Shown here: piece after piece, positions 25,623-38,103 of the stretch
Layout: the number at the start of each line of letters is the position of its first letter
How positions within the stretch are numbered: position 1 is the stretch's first letter
Assembly: GCA_050084515.1 (NCBI GenBank)
Contig: CM114271.1
Coordinates: 35,216,001-35,280,000, forward strand
Length of the DNA: 64,000 nt
Source: Blasia pusilla
Lineage: Eukaryota
Direction of reading: 5' to 3'
Made by a program: the position numbers and the translations under genes
Notes under the pieces: model-generated
Told to the model about the DNA's origin: nothing
Database searches by the model: none
The model's input: the letters and a program-made list of their open reading frames with translations, nothing else

Positions 25623-26172
25623 GTTGTGGTACACTTGCATTTGTGGATACTCGTCTATGTTATGTATGTATGTGCGTATGGTATGTCAGCGATGTATGTT
25701 GTATGACGATGTGGATTCGCACGACAGCTGTCATGCTGGTAGAGGCCATTCCTTATGTAGGACCGTAGTGGCTTGGTAGAGATGCGGTTCCATACATAGG
25801 GTTGGGGGTTACTCACTTGGGGTGACTTTCCCCATAGGGCCCGCTCTTAGGTTGGAGGATATAAGGTGGCTTGCCCTCAAAGAACAAATCAATTCTTTGA
25901 GTTGAGCACATTATGCGTTGGGAGTTAGCCTTGGTAGTGAGTAGAGCTCTTGGCTATGGTGTTTCCCGCAAGCTTCGACCTAGATTCTCCCATCGTGGAG
26001 TGGGTTTGGCTCGATTGTATATGATTGTAAACGTGTTTTATGATAGTAGGTCTTTCACGGATTTCAGTTGTGGTACACTTGCGTTTGTGGATACTCTCGT
26101 CTATGTTATGTATGTATGTGCGTATGGTATGTCAACGATGTATGTTGTATGACGATGTGGATTCGCACGACA
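25623..26172 (+). repeat. 3' terminal block of element 2: B1 (25623-25726), GC, A2 (25729-26066), B2 (26067-26172)
   Basis: B1 and B2 are near-identical (GTTGTGGTACACTTGC...GATTCGCACGACA). The junction GCACGACA-GC-TGTCATGC is a near-perfect palindrome. Confidence 0.92.
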
Positions 26173-28131
26173 CGCTCTCAACGCTGATCTGCATCCAAAC
26201 ACGCACTCTGGTTAGTCGGGTCTTGGATCAATCAGCGGGCTAACTTTCCGAGTTCTTGTCTCAGACTCTCATCAAGCTTAACCTTCCTAGTTTCGCGGTT
26301 TACAACATGGGCAAATCTCGAAAGACTTGGGACAGACTATCTGCTCGGTTCAGGAAACCTAAACGGCGTTTCGCGCCTGGCGGTTCCAACTGTCCTATGG
26401 ACATCCAATGAGTTCCTCACCAAAACTTGCACGAAGTGAATCTCGGGTTGGGATCCAAGTGTGGCGTATAAATTCCACTCCCTTGGATCAGGATTGGGTT
26501 TCGAGTTCCAACGCCAAACTCCCGTTCCATCCCGTGCCTCTGAAACGCCGTTTGGCGCCCAAAGTGGGGATTCGTATTCCGAGACATCTTAGAGAGACTC
26601 CTCCCTTACTAGTACTTCAAGGGATCTCCGGGGGCCCCCTACATTTAGGGAAAGACACCCGGGCCTCTCCAATTGGCCCTCAACCCGATTGCTCTCTCAA
26701 TCATTTTTGGCCGATATCTCAGCCTGTACTTTTGCGTTTGCTAAGATCTTTGGTGCGTTGGAAGCATCTCAAGATCAGCTTTCTAACTCACCCTTACTTG
26801 TCTTGAACGCATCTTGGAGCTCAACGTTATGGTCCTAAACACAATCAGATTCTCCCAAACGCTAGTCGTGTTTCAAACTGGTTCTCACCTCTTTGGCAAC
26901 CAACCTCCCAAGACTCAACTCATCTCAAGTCTTGTCTTGCGTTTGGTCTAGGTTTCCTGGTCGCAACCACTAACGCATGAAATGCACAACTCTGTGCTGC
27001 GTTTCGTCTCTTAGACTTTTCCAAGAGACCTTTTCCAAACACCACTCCAAAGCGCAAACCTCGCAGCGTGAGTTCACTTGAGTTTTGATGTTTCGCTTGG
27101 CGCCTATTTGGTGTTGTTTGGTTATGAGGGTCGTGAAAATAATCTAGATAAGCATGAAATGAAAAAGGTAAGGATAAGGATAGAATCTAACTTTTTGTTC
27201 TCCATGTTTAGGACGGCTGTTGATCTTGAATGGAAACTTCGAGGTGCTTTCTCTAAGAAATTGTGAAGGCTCTGGACTTGATTGCTCCAGATTAACATCA
27301 AATTTGGGATGTGACTCCAAAGCATCACTATTGAATTTTTCCTCGTCATGTGAAGAGCGTAGCTTGGTCGTCCATCTTCAATTTATAGCATCGTTGACGA
27401 GTAAGATGTACTTTGGGCGTGGATGGTTGTTGTGTCTTTCTAGTATGCTCTCTCGGTACCTTAGCTATGCGTGATTCCTCTGGAAAAACTGACCTACAAA
27501 CCAGCATGTAACATAATAATATGTAAGTTCCATACAAGTTACGGAATATGACCTCAAAGTACACCTCTGTATAATATCTTCCACATCTCTTCAAAGCAAG
27601 GATCTTTAAGAGCCTTAATTGGAAATTGGAAAATATGAGGAAGAGCAAAGATGGCCATTGAGAAGCAAGGAGACGTATTGCTGCCCTCACTCTTGCACGA
27701 CGCTCCTCTCGTAATCTGAAATACTCTGTGTTCGCCTCCTTTGTGGATAGTTTTGTCCCTACATCAACAAGCGGAACTCCTTTTTCCGAAGTCGTTAGGG
27801 TAACTCCACTATTAGATTGAAAATGGTTTTTGGACTCTTGAATCTGCATCCTGAAATCAAACACATATTGCAAAACCAAGGAATGTATTTAGCCACAAAT
27901 CTTTGGCACAGTCAAAGATGTGCCAATGTCTTGAGTTTAACATTTTACAAGTTAAACACTCTCTGATTGGCATAATCAGACCTTGCACCAGATTTGGAAC
28001 TTTCATAAAATAAAAAAATTGTAACAAAAAGTGTCCAAATAGGAATCAACACACTATTGCAATACCTGGATATTACATTGAAGTCCATTACAATAGCTTT
28101 TCATTACTCCTCTATTACAAAGTAGTACACC

Positions 28132-31100
28132 TTACTCACTATCAGAACTAGTCCTCATTTCACAACTATCTTTGGAACTTTCACCATGTTCTTCATCGGG
28201 TACAAACTCTATTGTTGCTAAAGCTAATTCTGCATCGGATAGGTGGATGGCACCAAGCAATGAGATGTCTTGCACTTCATTGTCCAAGTGTGATTGTGCC
28301 CTCAAGTCTCCCAAGTTGATATGATCAGTAATACAAATGTCTGGTCTACCCCCCTACAACTCTTCTAGAACGGGTTTCTTTTTGCATAAATACCTTCCAA
28401 CCTATACGTTCCTCAACTGGAGCATAGAATACATGTTCAACTTGGCTGGGAAAAACAAAGGGATCTGAATTAAGTGGTAGTAGTTTTCTGAAATCTACTA
28501 GGAGAAACCCATTTTCATCATGCATCATTGTAGCATCAATCCCATTCCATGAGGATTTTACCCACTTGCCTCTCATAAGAACTATATGCTCATCCAATGT
28601 GCCATAATCTAATTGCAAAATATCTACTAGAATGCCAACATAAGGGATTTGGCTAAGATGATTCACTTGGTTAGCTGTTTGTGAAAGAAATATACTTGTT
28701 ATACCTGAGTTGTATGTAGAGAATGAACTATCGTCATCCACCCTAAAGTGATTTCCATATGCTTTCATTTTCTTAAAAGAGAGGTATGAAAGTGATGGAG
28801 GCACTGAAAACTTCAAGACTAATTCATCAAGCTGGTTTCCTTTAGCATTTTCTTCTCTAATTTTAAGACGTATCCACTCAGCAAATGTGTATTCACACTC
28901 GCCAGAAAGTCTATAAATTCTACACAACAAAAGTACATCAGAATCTGATATTTGTGAGACCAATGATACAATAGTAGCAATGGCAAAGTTAAGACCTAAA
29001 ATCAAGGTTGGACCAATGGCTTACTTACTTGATTCAGCTAGTGAAACACTCACTATTTTCCAATACATATTGATGGACCACAACTGCCATTTCAGCTGTT
29101 AACTGGCGCTTAGTGCCTACTCCTTCCAAAACCTCACCGATAATACCTTCCTCCTCAGAAGCATCCCAAATCCTAGTTTGCACCACTGTGTAATCTTGCA
29201 TGTACTCTATGGTGAATCCTACAGCTTCATCAAGGATACACCCTTCAGCCATACATCCCTCAAGTTGAGCTCGAGATTGCACATAACCTTTTAGAACTCC
29301 CAAGTATCGTTCTATCGTATACATCCCATCGACAACCAACTAGACCTTATATGTCAATCTCTTCCACCAAGTGTACCATAGGTGAGTCATGACATCAAAG
29401 AAAGATGGGGGGAAGTGTACTTCCATGAGGCACAAGGTAGTTGCCACATCCTCTTTCAATGAAGCAAAATAGGCTGGATTCCAAGTTTTCACACAAAGCT
29501 TCCAAAATACTCATGACATACGCATTACTACCATTCTCACAGGACCCTTCAAGAGACCCCATAAGAAATAAAGGCATCAATTGTTGCATGAATACATGCA
29601 GGTCATGAGACTTCAAGCTACCTAATTTCTTGCATAAGAGGTGCTTCTGTAATGCACCTGCATACCCACTCGGAACCTTAAGTGCTTCTACCCTTAAGTG
29701 GAAGACTTTTATTTCCTCAAGACTCAACACATAGTCTGCTCTGGGTTTGAACTTAGCCCCATCTCTCTTAGGATGGGCTTGCAACCAAAAATGTTTTCGA
29801 ATACCTCTTACCTCCATGTCTTGCCTTACCTGTATAGAGTCCTTCTTCTTAGAACCAAAAGGGTCTTAAGGGTATTATCAGCAACATTCTTTTCACGATG
29901 CATCACGTCCAAAATATGCCAAATTAGTAAGCCTTGGAAAAAGCCAACACACAAAGAGAGATTAGTTGAGAGGAAGTCTAAAAAATACAAGGATAAATAT
30001 TTAATCGGGTTACATAATAAAGTAAGCCTTTGAAAATAAGATACTATTTGAAGATGAACAATAATTTGAAAGGTGAGAACCTGGAAAATATTGGTTGTAA
30101 GATATTACCTTCCAATAAGGCAGGTCAAATAGTATGCTCCGTCGTGAAACTCCAGTTTGCTTGTAGGGATCAATACGCATCGGTACACCTCTCCTTGGCG
30201 GTGCCTTGGGTTCACTATAATAAACTCTTTTCAATTCAGCCTACTCAAGTATCTCATCACTTCATACCCACCTTGGTATTTCTCGGGTCTCCACTTTACA
30301 ATCAAAATGATGGGCCACTTGGCGCATCCTATATGGGTGATTTCTCTCCTTCTAACGCCGATGGCCTTGAAATGCAGTTTTGTGCAATGGTTTGGAGTAG
30401 TGTGAATCCACATTAGGTCCACACACTACACACCCCAACTTGCCTTTTTGTGGCTTGGCCAAAGACAATACCCAAACCTTGGTAGTCAATTATGGTCCAT
30501 ATGACCATTGCTCGAAGCTAGAACTTAGCAATGCCTTCTACACTACTACTCTCAAAAGCTGTGACCCCTTTCCAAAGTATTTGCAACTCCTCAACAAGTG
30601 GAGCTAAGTATATATCTAGATTTTTAGAAGTCATTGATTCCTTCCCCGGAATTATAAGAGCCAATTGGAGAAATAACTTTTTAGTACATAACCAAGGGGG
30701 TAAGTTATAATTGACCAAAAGCACTGGCCAAGTAGACCACACATTTTTTTTCACTAAATGGATTGACCCCATCTAATGCCAAACCAAGCCTACAATTTCT
30801 GGGCTCATTCATGAACTCTGGCCATTGAAGATCAATTTCTCTCCATTGCTTAGAATCCCCAGTGTGCCTCACCAATCCATCTGTACTCTTGTTCTTGGAT
30901 GTCCATGTCATAAGTTCAGCAATGGATGTACATCTATACATACGCTTCAACCTTGGAATAATAGGGAAGTGTCGTAACACCTTCATGGGCACTTTACCCT
31001 TCCCCATTTGCTTATACCTTTGTGACATGCACTTGGAACATGTGTCCAAATCCTTGTGAGCACCTCGAAACAACATGCAACCATTTGGACACTCATGAAT

Positions 31101-31889
31101 CTGAATGTAATTCAGTCCAAGCTTTGTGACAAGTTTTTTGCTTGCATAATGGTTTTTAGGGATATGGTTGTCATCAGGTAGGACTTGTAAGCTAAATAAT
31201 TTCAAGAACTCATCAACATCCACATTTGGGATGTTATGAGCTCCACAAATATTCAGAAAAACCATTGTGAATGTTAGTTTACTAATCCTACTTCCAGGGA
31301 CCTAAGGGCAACATGCTTCTCTCAATGCTGCCCAATCTTCCTCACCACATCCTAATCCAGAATCTTCGTCTCCTATCTCAAAAGGACTATCATCAACATC
31401 TTCTTGTGGAGCCCTTTGATCCTAAGCAAAGGGTTCCTCATTGTCTCTCTGGTCAAATCTATGAAAGGCTTCATTGATCATTCTATGAACATTTATATCT
31501 TCATCAATGTCTGTCACACCTAACGTAGGATTTCTTATATTACATTCAATCCCTTTGGTAGGACTGTCCACATGCACAATTCTATTTTCAGATCTTGACC
31601 TCCACTCATCATCTGATGAATTATACTCATCAGTATTTCTCAAAATTCTTTTTGAAGGAAACGTATTATACATAATGAGATGTTTCTCTATGACATGCAA
31701 AACACTCAATTTCATCTCTTTGCATTCATTACATGGACATCTAAGCTTCTTCAACCCTAAGTTCCTTGCTGTCTCTTTTTCTCTTCGCCACAACTCTTCA
31801 TCATGTGATGCAATTTGTTGTGGGTGATCAAGATTCAACTTTGGGTTGGTCTCATGATGCTGCTCACAAATTCTTCCTGCGGCTTGCAT
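28132..31889 (-). mobile_element. CACTA (En/Spm) TnpD-type transposase pseudogene
   Basis: LRCPCNECK; IHECPNGCMLFRG...VLRHFPIIPRLKRMY; RNCRLGLALDGVNPF; STWPVLLVNYNLPPWLC; LKSHDLHVFMQQL; MYTIERYLGVLKGYV; DPFVFPSQVEHVFY. Confidence 0.92.
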
Positions 31890-32570
31890 TCTTTTTTGTT
31901 TGAGGTATCCTTAACTAGAAAGGTAATGTACCTGCTTGTGATGATTACCAAATTATGATAATACTTTTTGAAGCATTTTCTCACGTTGACTGTCCCTTTC
32001 TTGAAGTCCACTACTTGAACTTGTTCTACCCATAATCAGCCCCAAGGAAAGTTTCCAACAACACCCGACATGAACACACATTAAATGAGATAATAAGATT
32101 AAACAAAATGCTATGATTGCTCCGTATGTTATCCACAATATGGAAGGGATCAACGAGTGAAATCTTGGGAGGCACAAGTGGGAAGAGAAGAGAACTTACG
32201 AGTCCATCAATTTGAACAACAAGATAGAAGGAGTGATATGGTAAAAAGACGGTAGCCTTCTACTACATATGGGTAGATTATGCAGAGGCAAGAGAGAGAA
32301 ACACAATAGGTTGGAATTACCCTAACAACTAAGCAATAGAGACGAATTCTAAGGAATTGAGGAGAGAGGCACTTTTGCAAATTTTCAACAAGAGGAAAGT
32401 GCAGGTCAGAGTGCATGTCAGAGGAGACAAAAATAGTGCCCAAAGTATTTTACGAGTTCAACTTGTGAGAAATCCACTACTAATCTTCACCTTAGATAAA
32501 AAATACATGGAATCATCGAAGTACCAAGTGAGACCAATTTGAAAGAAGATAAGCCAAAAAATCTATAGAG

Positions 32571-32688
<118 letters not shown>

Positions 32689-32699
32689 TGTGTGTACTC

Positions 32700-35600
32700 A
32701 TTAAGTAGTGCTCATTCATAGCCTTTCATAGCCATAGACCCCATACTGGTTGGACGGTGCTTGAGACTAGGATGGGTGTAGAGAGAGAAGCAAGTGAAGA
32801 AGGTACCATATGAGAGGAGGGAGACACTCTCGTATAGTGTGAGTGCTGACCAAACAACATGTTTGTGCGGAGCTTCCAAGTGTCAACCAAGAAACTCTTC
32901 ACCACACCATCTACTTTACGTGATTGGGATCCCCAATAGACATTACTTACCAGTGCAGCAGCTTTGGGCAATGAATCAAGGCTATTGAATGTGTTGAAAA
33001 ATTCTGGTGCTACCACCTTAGCAATATCAATATATGCTCTTGCTCTGTGAGTTGTGAATTTTGCGCAGGAGACCAAGAAATGACTAGAGGTTTCATCCCC
33101 ATTGTCACACAAGGCACAAGAGTTTAGTTGTGTTCCCATCCTGCTTTTCTTATGGTTCAAGGGGATTGCTCCTGTTTTGAACTTGAACTTGAGCCGGGTT
33201 CCCAAGCAAGGGATTCCCCGCAAATAGTTCTTCAGTTCTACCTCAGGATATATTGTCAAGAGAGAGAGGTCAAAAATTTTCATGGCTTCCTCCATGTTGT
33301 TCTACTGTGAGCGTTTGCCCATTGCTTTGGTTATGGTATCCACAAATGTTTTTTCATCTTGCTCCCACACTTCAGGCCCTGCTGGGAGCTTGGAAGCTTG
33401 CACATCTCTTGAACCTTTTTCGTCCAAGATTTGGCCTGCTTTACGGGTCTTCTTTGGGTCCATGTTTTCACCATCACCTCTTTAGGATAGCGATTGGAGT
33501 CCATTGTCTCCCGCTGCCTCTGCCATTTCAACTTGGCAATGTCACGTCTATCCTCCCCCGTGTGGCTACATACACCTCTTTGGGCATAGAATTCTCGAAA
33601 GATTTCATGTGGGATGCACACATTAAGAAGACTACTGAGAAAGGCCACAAGAAGGTGAAAGGTCTGTCCAGATTCCTACACTGCCGGGATATCACATCAG
33701 AAGTAAAGCGCTCTGTCATTTTGCATACCATTCGTCCCTCGCTGGAATACGGGGCAGCAGTGTGGGATGCCAACATCAAAAAAAGGGATAGGCTTGAAGT
33801 TGTGCAGCTGAAGGCGTTTCGGGGTATGATGTCAACCTCATCACGAATAGCCGAGTTGGTGTGAGATTAGAACTAGGTGTGGAACCCTTGGAGGATAGAC
33901 GTGACATTGCCAAGTTGAAATGGCGGAGGCAGCGGGAGACAATGGACTCCCATCGCTATCCTAAACAGGTGATGCTGAAAACATGGACCCAAAGTACCAC
34001 TGTTTGCCCGAGTACCACTATTGGTCTTGGTCCTCCTCCTTGCCATTGAAAATCATCACACCGCACTTCAGTTCATTTGGCTCCATGCCCCACATGTCAC
34101 ACCAGATTTTGGTCAGGGAGATCATCTCTTGGAGTTTCTCTCCTCTTTCCTCGAGGCCATCAAAGTCATGAACAAACATGAGGGCAACAAGAGAGCTGTT
34201 GCCCACCCGTATGCCTAGTCCACTATCCTCCATTTCTTCCAATAGGGAATCTACGAAAATGTTTAAGAGAGTGGGGGAGAGCGGGCATCCTTGAGCCACT
34301 CCTTGCTTGATGACGAATGTCCCACTCTTTTGGCCATTCTCCAGAACTCTACTCCTTGTGTTCTGGTACATCTTCTCCACCACCCTCCACATTTTCCCTT
34401 TCAACCCCGCCTATCATGCCATACAATGTTGTATGCCTTCTTGAGGTCCAAGAAGAAGCAATAGGTGGGTTGACCCTCTTTTTTCCTACCCTAGATAATC
34501 TGACTGAAGGTGAAGATGTGATCCATGCATCCTCGGGCTTGCTGGAAGCCAGCCTGGCCTTCCTTGATGATAGAATTCTCCTCTAGGTACACAAAGATCC
34601 TATTTTTGAGTATACGGCAAAGGAGCTTCCCGACTACACTCAACAATGTAATACCCCTGTAGTTTCTAGGGTCTTCTCGCTCACCCTTCTTGAAAAGGTT
34701 TACGATGACTCCCACCCGCCATCTTTGTGGGATGACTTCTGCCCGCCAGACCAGGTTGAAGGGACTCACTAGAGAACGAGCCATAGCACCATCGCCATAC
34801 TTCAACAGCTCATTCACAAGCTCATCACCACCCACCTTATGCCTATCATTCAGTGCCATCAGTTGAAGTTCCCTCAACATCGTGATCAGCCGTGTGCCAT
34901 TTTCATTCACTCTCACATCTCCAAAAATCCTCATCTCCGCTTGGGAATCGGTGCCTTTCCCCACCCAGCTATTGAAGTCTCCGTGCAAGACTATGTTCCC
35001 CTTTGTCTCGAACCCAAGGCAATCAGTTTTCACACTATCAAAAGTTGCCTCTGTTACAGCAGCAGATTCACCGTTTGTAGGCATATAAATACACCCAATA
35101 TACATATCCCATGAGTTGCACTCTGCTCGGACTTTGACCCATATGTTGTGTTCATACTCGAGCCCTCTACTGATGATCTCACACCTGTCCACCATGAAGT
35201 CTCTAATGAAGAACCCAACACCCTTCATACCTCTATTGTTGTCCGCCTGGGTGCTGCACATCTTTCCAAACCATGCATAGTGTGGTACATGGGGTATCTC
35301 CATTAACTTGGTTTCCCAAGTTTCCTGACCACCTCATATGTGTATTTGATTTTTCAGCAAAACTTCAGCAACCTCTAGCTGCTTCATTGCATGGGTCAGT
35401 CCCAGAAGTTCCAGGTACCCAAACAGAGACCTGTCACTAAGTGGGTTGGGGGTCGGCGGGCATGCTTTTGGCGTAGGTGTAGCTGCTTGCAACATGGAAC
35501 CTCTTCATGTGCAGGCTCTTCATTTCTGGTTCCTTGGAGAGCACTAAAGATATTAGGTGTGTAGATCACCAACGGTTTTGTGGAGATGGGCCTTTCCTTC

Positions 35601-36560
35601 AAGATGGAACCACCCTCGACTACCATAGCCCTCCAATTGTAGGCACGTCTCAGTTCTTGAGATACTTGGTTTTTGTGGCAAGCCAAGTATTGGCCTCCTC
35701 TGCCCTTGATGGACGCCTTGAAGATACATTGACAGCCATTCATCATCTGAATAACTCCAGTAGTAGCGAGGAATTCAAAGCCCAAAGTCGCGCACATGAT
35801 CTTAAATGAGAAGAAGTCTATTGTGGGACGTACACCAAAAATGATCATGTGGAATTTTGGTCTCCTCCTATAGACCAGATTGAACTCTCTGCCCACATCT
35901 GAACTGTAGGGGACCTTTGATCGTCTCAGATAAACATGCCGGTATTCCCCGCCCTACTTGGGGATGATGAGCTTTGGTATGCGCCTTTGATAGGTGAACT
36001 GATACTCCTCACAAGCTTGGGAGGATGGAGATATATTGGGCTCAAGGCCGCTGATTATATATAGAGGTTTGGCAAACATCTGATTTAGGATCTGGGGAGG
36101 ATGTTTAAGCTCCCAGCCCGAGAGTCCAGACAGGGACTCGCTGTCCTATTTGTGCGAAGGGGCTGCCTCCAAGCGGCAAGGTGCCCAAAGAGATCCCGTT
36201 TGTTACCCCCATATATTATCACTACCTACCAAGGTGAACAATCCTGGCATTAAGCTGCAGAGGAGAGCCCGTGAATCGAGCTTCAAAAGAAGGAGAGGTC
36301 TCCATTTCTCCAACCAAGTCCACTGGACACCTTACTTGTGGCACAACTGCCAAAAGTCACATGGATTACATGACACACTAATCCACACCTACCAACCAGG
36401 GGAACGACATGGCAAGCTCACTACAGGTTCCAACTACAGCAATGGGCAACTCGATAGAGAGTATTGCTATATTGCTTGCACGCGGTTCACTCATTATAAG
36501 CTACCCACGAGCAGTGCTTTAGAACATGTCATCCCAACATACCAGGCCTGTCAGGACTTG
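32700..36560 (-). mobile_element. Degenerate LINE (APE endonuclease, RT, C-terminal Cys/His motif) with an internal inversion and deletion
   Basis: LGTWNF, GVGFFI, LHGDFNS (endonuclease); NYRGITLLS, QAGFQ, GVAQGCPLSPTL (RT); CALC...HFLVSC C-terminus. 5' boundary approximate. Confidence 0.88.
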
Positions 36561-38103
36561 TAGTTTTGGGGTTTAAACCCAACCATGAGAGAGAGAGATT
36601 GGTGGTGCTCATGTGAATGCGAAACCTGAAACTTGGGCAACAGATTTGCATGACTTTGATCGCTTGGTGCATCCCAGGGCTACCTTGCATTGGCGCTCAC
36701 TTGAACCAATCCTCCTCTTTGTAGCAGAGGTAATCTGAATATTGAGAGCCTTAGTGACAAACCTGCGTTGAACACGCACATTACTCTGTAAGATTCAATG
36801 ATTCAAAGTGGCTAGGTAGTCTTGCCGTTAATGCACTAGAAAATAAATATTACATGGTATCGTAAGTGAGATCATCATCGCTTCTACGCACGATTTTGGG
36901 AGAACTGAGTCAGGATTGAGTAGCCTTGAGAAGGGGATTCATGACAGTGATATCAATTTTCAACACAGCCTAGGAGTAATGGTCGGGGATGATCATTAAA
37001 CATTGAATAAAAATTCCAAGTAGGAGACATTACACGTTCAGCCAATGGAAAGCCAAAAACCCTTGAGACCTAAAGACATAACACTAGAGCATTCCAACAG
37101 ACTGGAAAGAATGGGATGCCATCTAAAAGGTGGAATTAAAAAAGTGAGGGCAATTACAAACACTCCATTAGAGGCATTCTTCGAGGATCAACGACAAGAC
37201 ATAGGAAGATCACATGTCCATCATTCCTTTCCATCCCAAAATCCTCAACATAACTAAACTAGAGACGTAGCTAACCACCGTTTCATGATGTACAAACCAC
37301 TATTGCAAGATAATGAGGAGCTTCCGAGATAGTAGTTATCTAGAGATCCATCAATCCCATCGGCAAGGAGGAGTTCCCAAAAAAAACCAAAGCAAATTTT
37401 CGAGGACCGGCGCCCAGACACAGAAAGTCAAACACTCCAAGTTTGGTACGTGCAACTCCAACCCTTGCAAAATCCAAAATCTGGAGACGGCACACCTTAA
37501 AGGAGACAAAGAAAGGCTACACGCACCGTGGTATCCATATGGGAAAATCACAACGGAGCACTACCAATGCACATTTACCAAGACCAGCCAGAGCCAAGAC
37601 TCAGAGTGGCCCTATGTGTGTTGCACTCTTTGTTTCGAAGCTTTTTTTATACACCTTGTGCTTACCACACTCTGGTGCCGTTACTTAGTGTGCTATCTTG
37701 TTGGGTGCTTGCATGCGCGGGTGGGTGGATTGAAGAAAGGAGGAAGCTATCGCCCTTTGTGGCGATCTGAACTTGGTTCTTACCAGCCAAGGAATCAGCA
37801 ATAACACTACGGCAAGGCTCTAGAACACAACAGGAAATGCCAATCCAATGGCACCATGGTAGTTGCAATTTTGAGAGAGCGGGTTAAAGAGGGAGGGACA
37901 GAGGAAGGAAGGAAGGAAGGAAGGAGGGAAGGGAACAGAAGGGCACTAGTGATTGATTGAGTAATTGAAGTGACTCAATAAGAGAGAGAGAGAGAGAGAG
38001 AGAGAATTCCAGATTGGGAGGATTGAGGAGGGCATCCTCATAGGGTACAAGTGCAAGCTATGTAGGCTGAGCATGGAGTGTGGGCAGGCGGAAGGAGGAA
38101 GCA

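Larger units (their letters stand above)
16469..26172 (+). mobile_element. Full-length Gypsy-like retrotransposon (element 2, 9.7 kb) carrying a DNMT3-like methyltransferase and a PHD finger, with split direct repeats
   Basis: Termini TGTCATG...CGCACGACA; TSD CGCT at 16465-16468 and 26173-26176; domain order gag-PR-DNMT-RT-RH-IN-PHD. Confidence 0.92.
16399..27513 (-). mobile_element. ~1.4-kb solo-LTR-like element (16399-16468 plus 26177-27513), interrupted by element 2
   Basis: Termini TGTCGTGCG (16399) and GCATGTAACA (27513), flanked by TAAT at 16395-16398 and 27514-27517. It shares the CGCACGACA end with elements 1 and 2. No convincing coding content. Confidence 0.65.

Noticed and set aside
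25623-26172. B1-GC-A2-B2 as an accidental tandem LTR or nested solo-LTR insertion
   Set aside because: The same layout and GC spacer occur in a second, divergent family, three separate 5' ends lack B, and there is no TSD around A2-B2.
16469-26172. DIRS/Ngaro tyrosine-recombinase element
   Set aside because: No tyrosine-recombinase motif was recognised. Protease, a DDE integrase and a TSD are present, and the MTase is C5-type rather than the adenine MTase of DIRS.
12915-32300. CACTA termini
   Set aside because: No convincing CACTA...TAGTG pair with TIRs and a 3-bp TSD was found; the ends are left undefined.
36751-36763. GTGACA-AACC as the missing 5' end and TSD of element 1
   Set aside because: The adjacent sequence does not resemble the A repeat; likely chance.
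37045-37870. Possible coding or retroelement remnant
   Set aside because: No motif I can assign with confidence.
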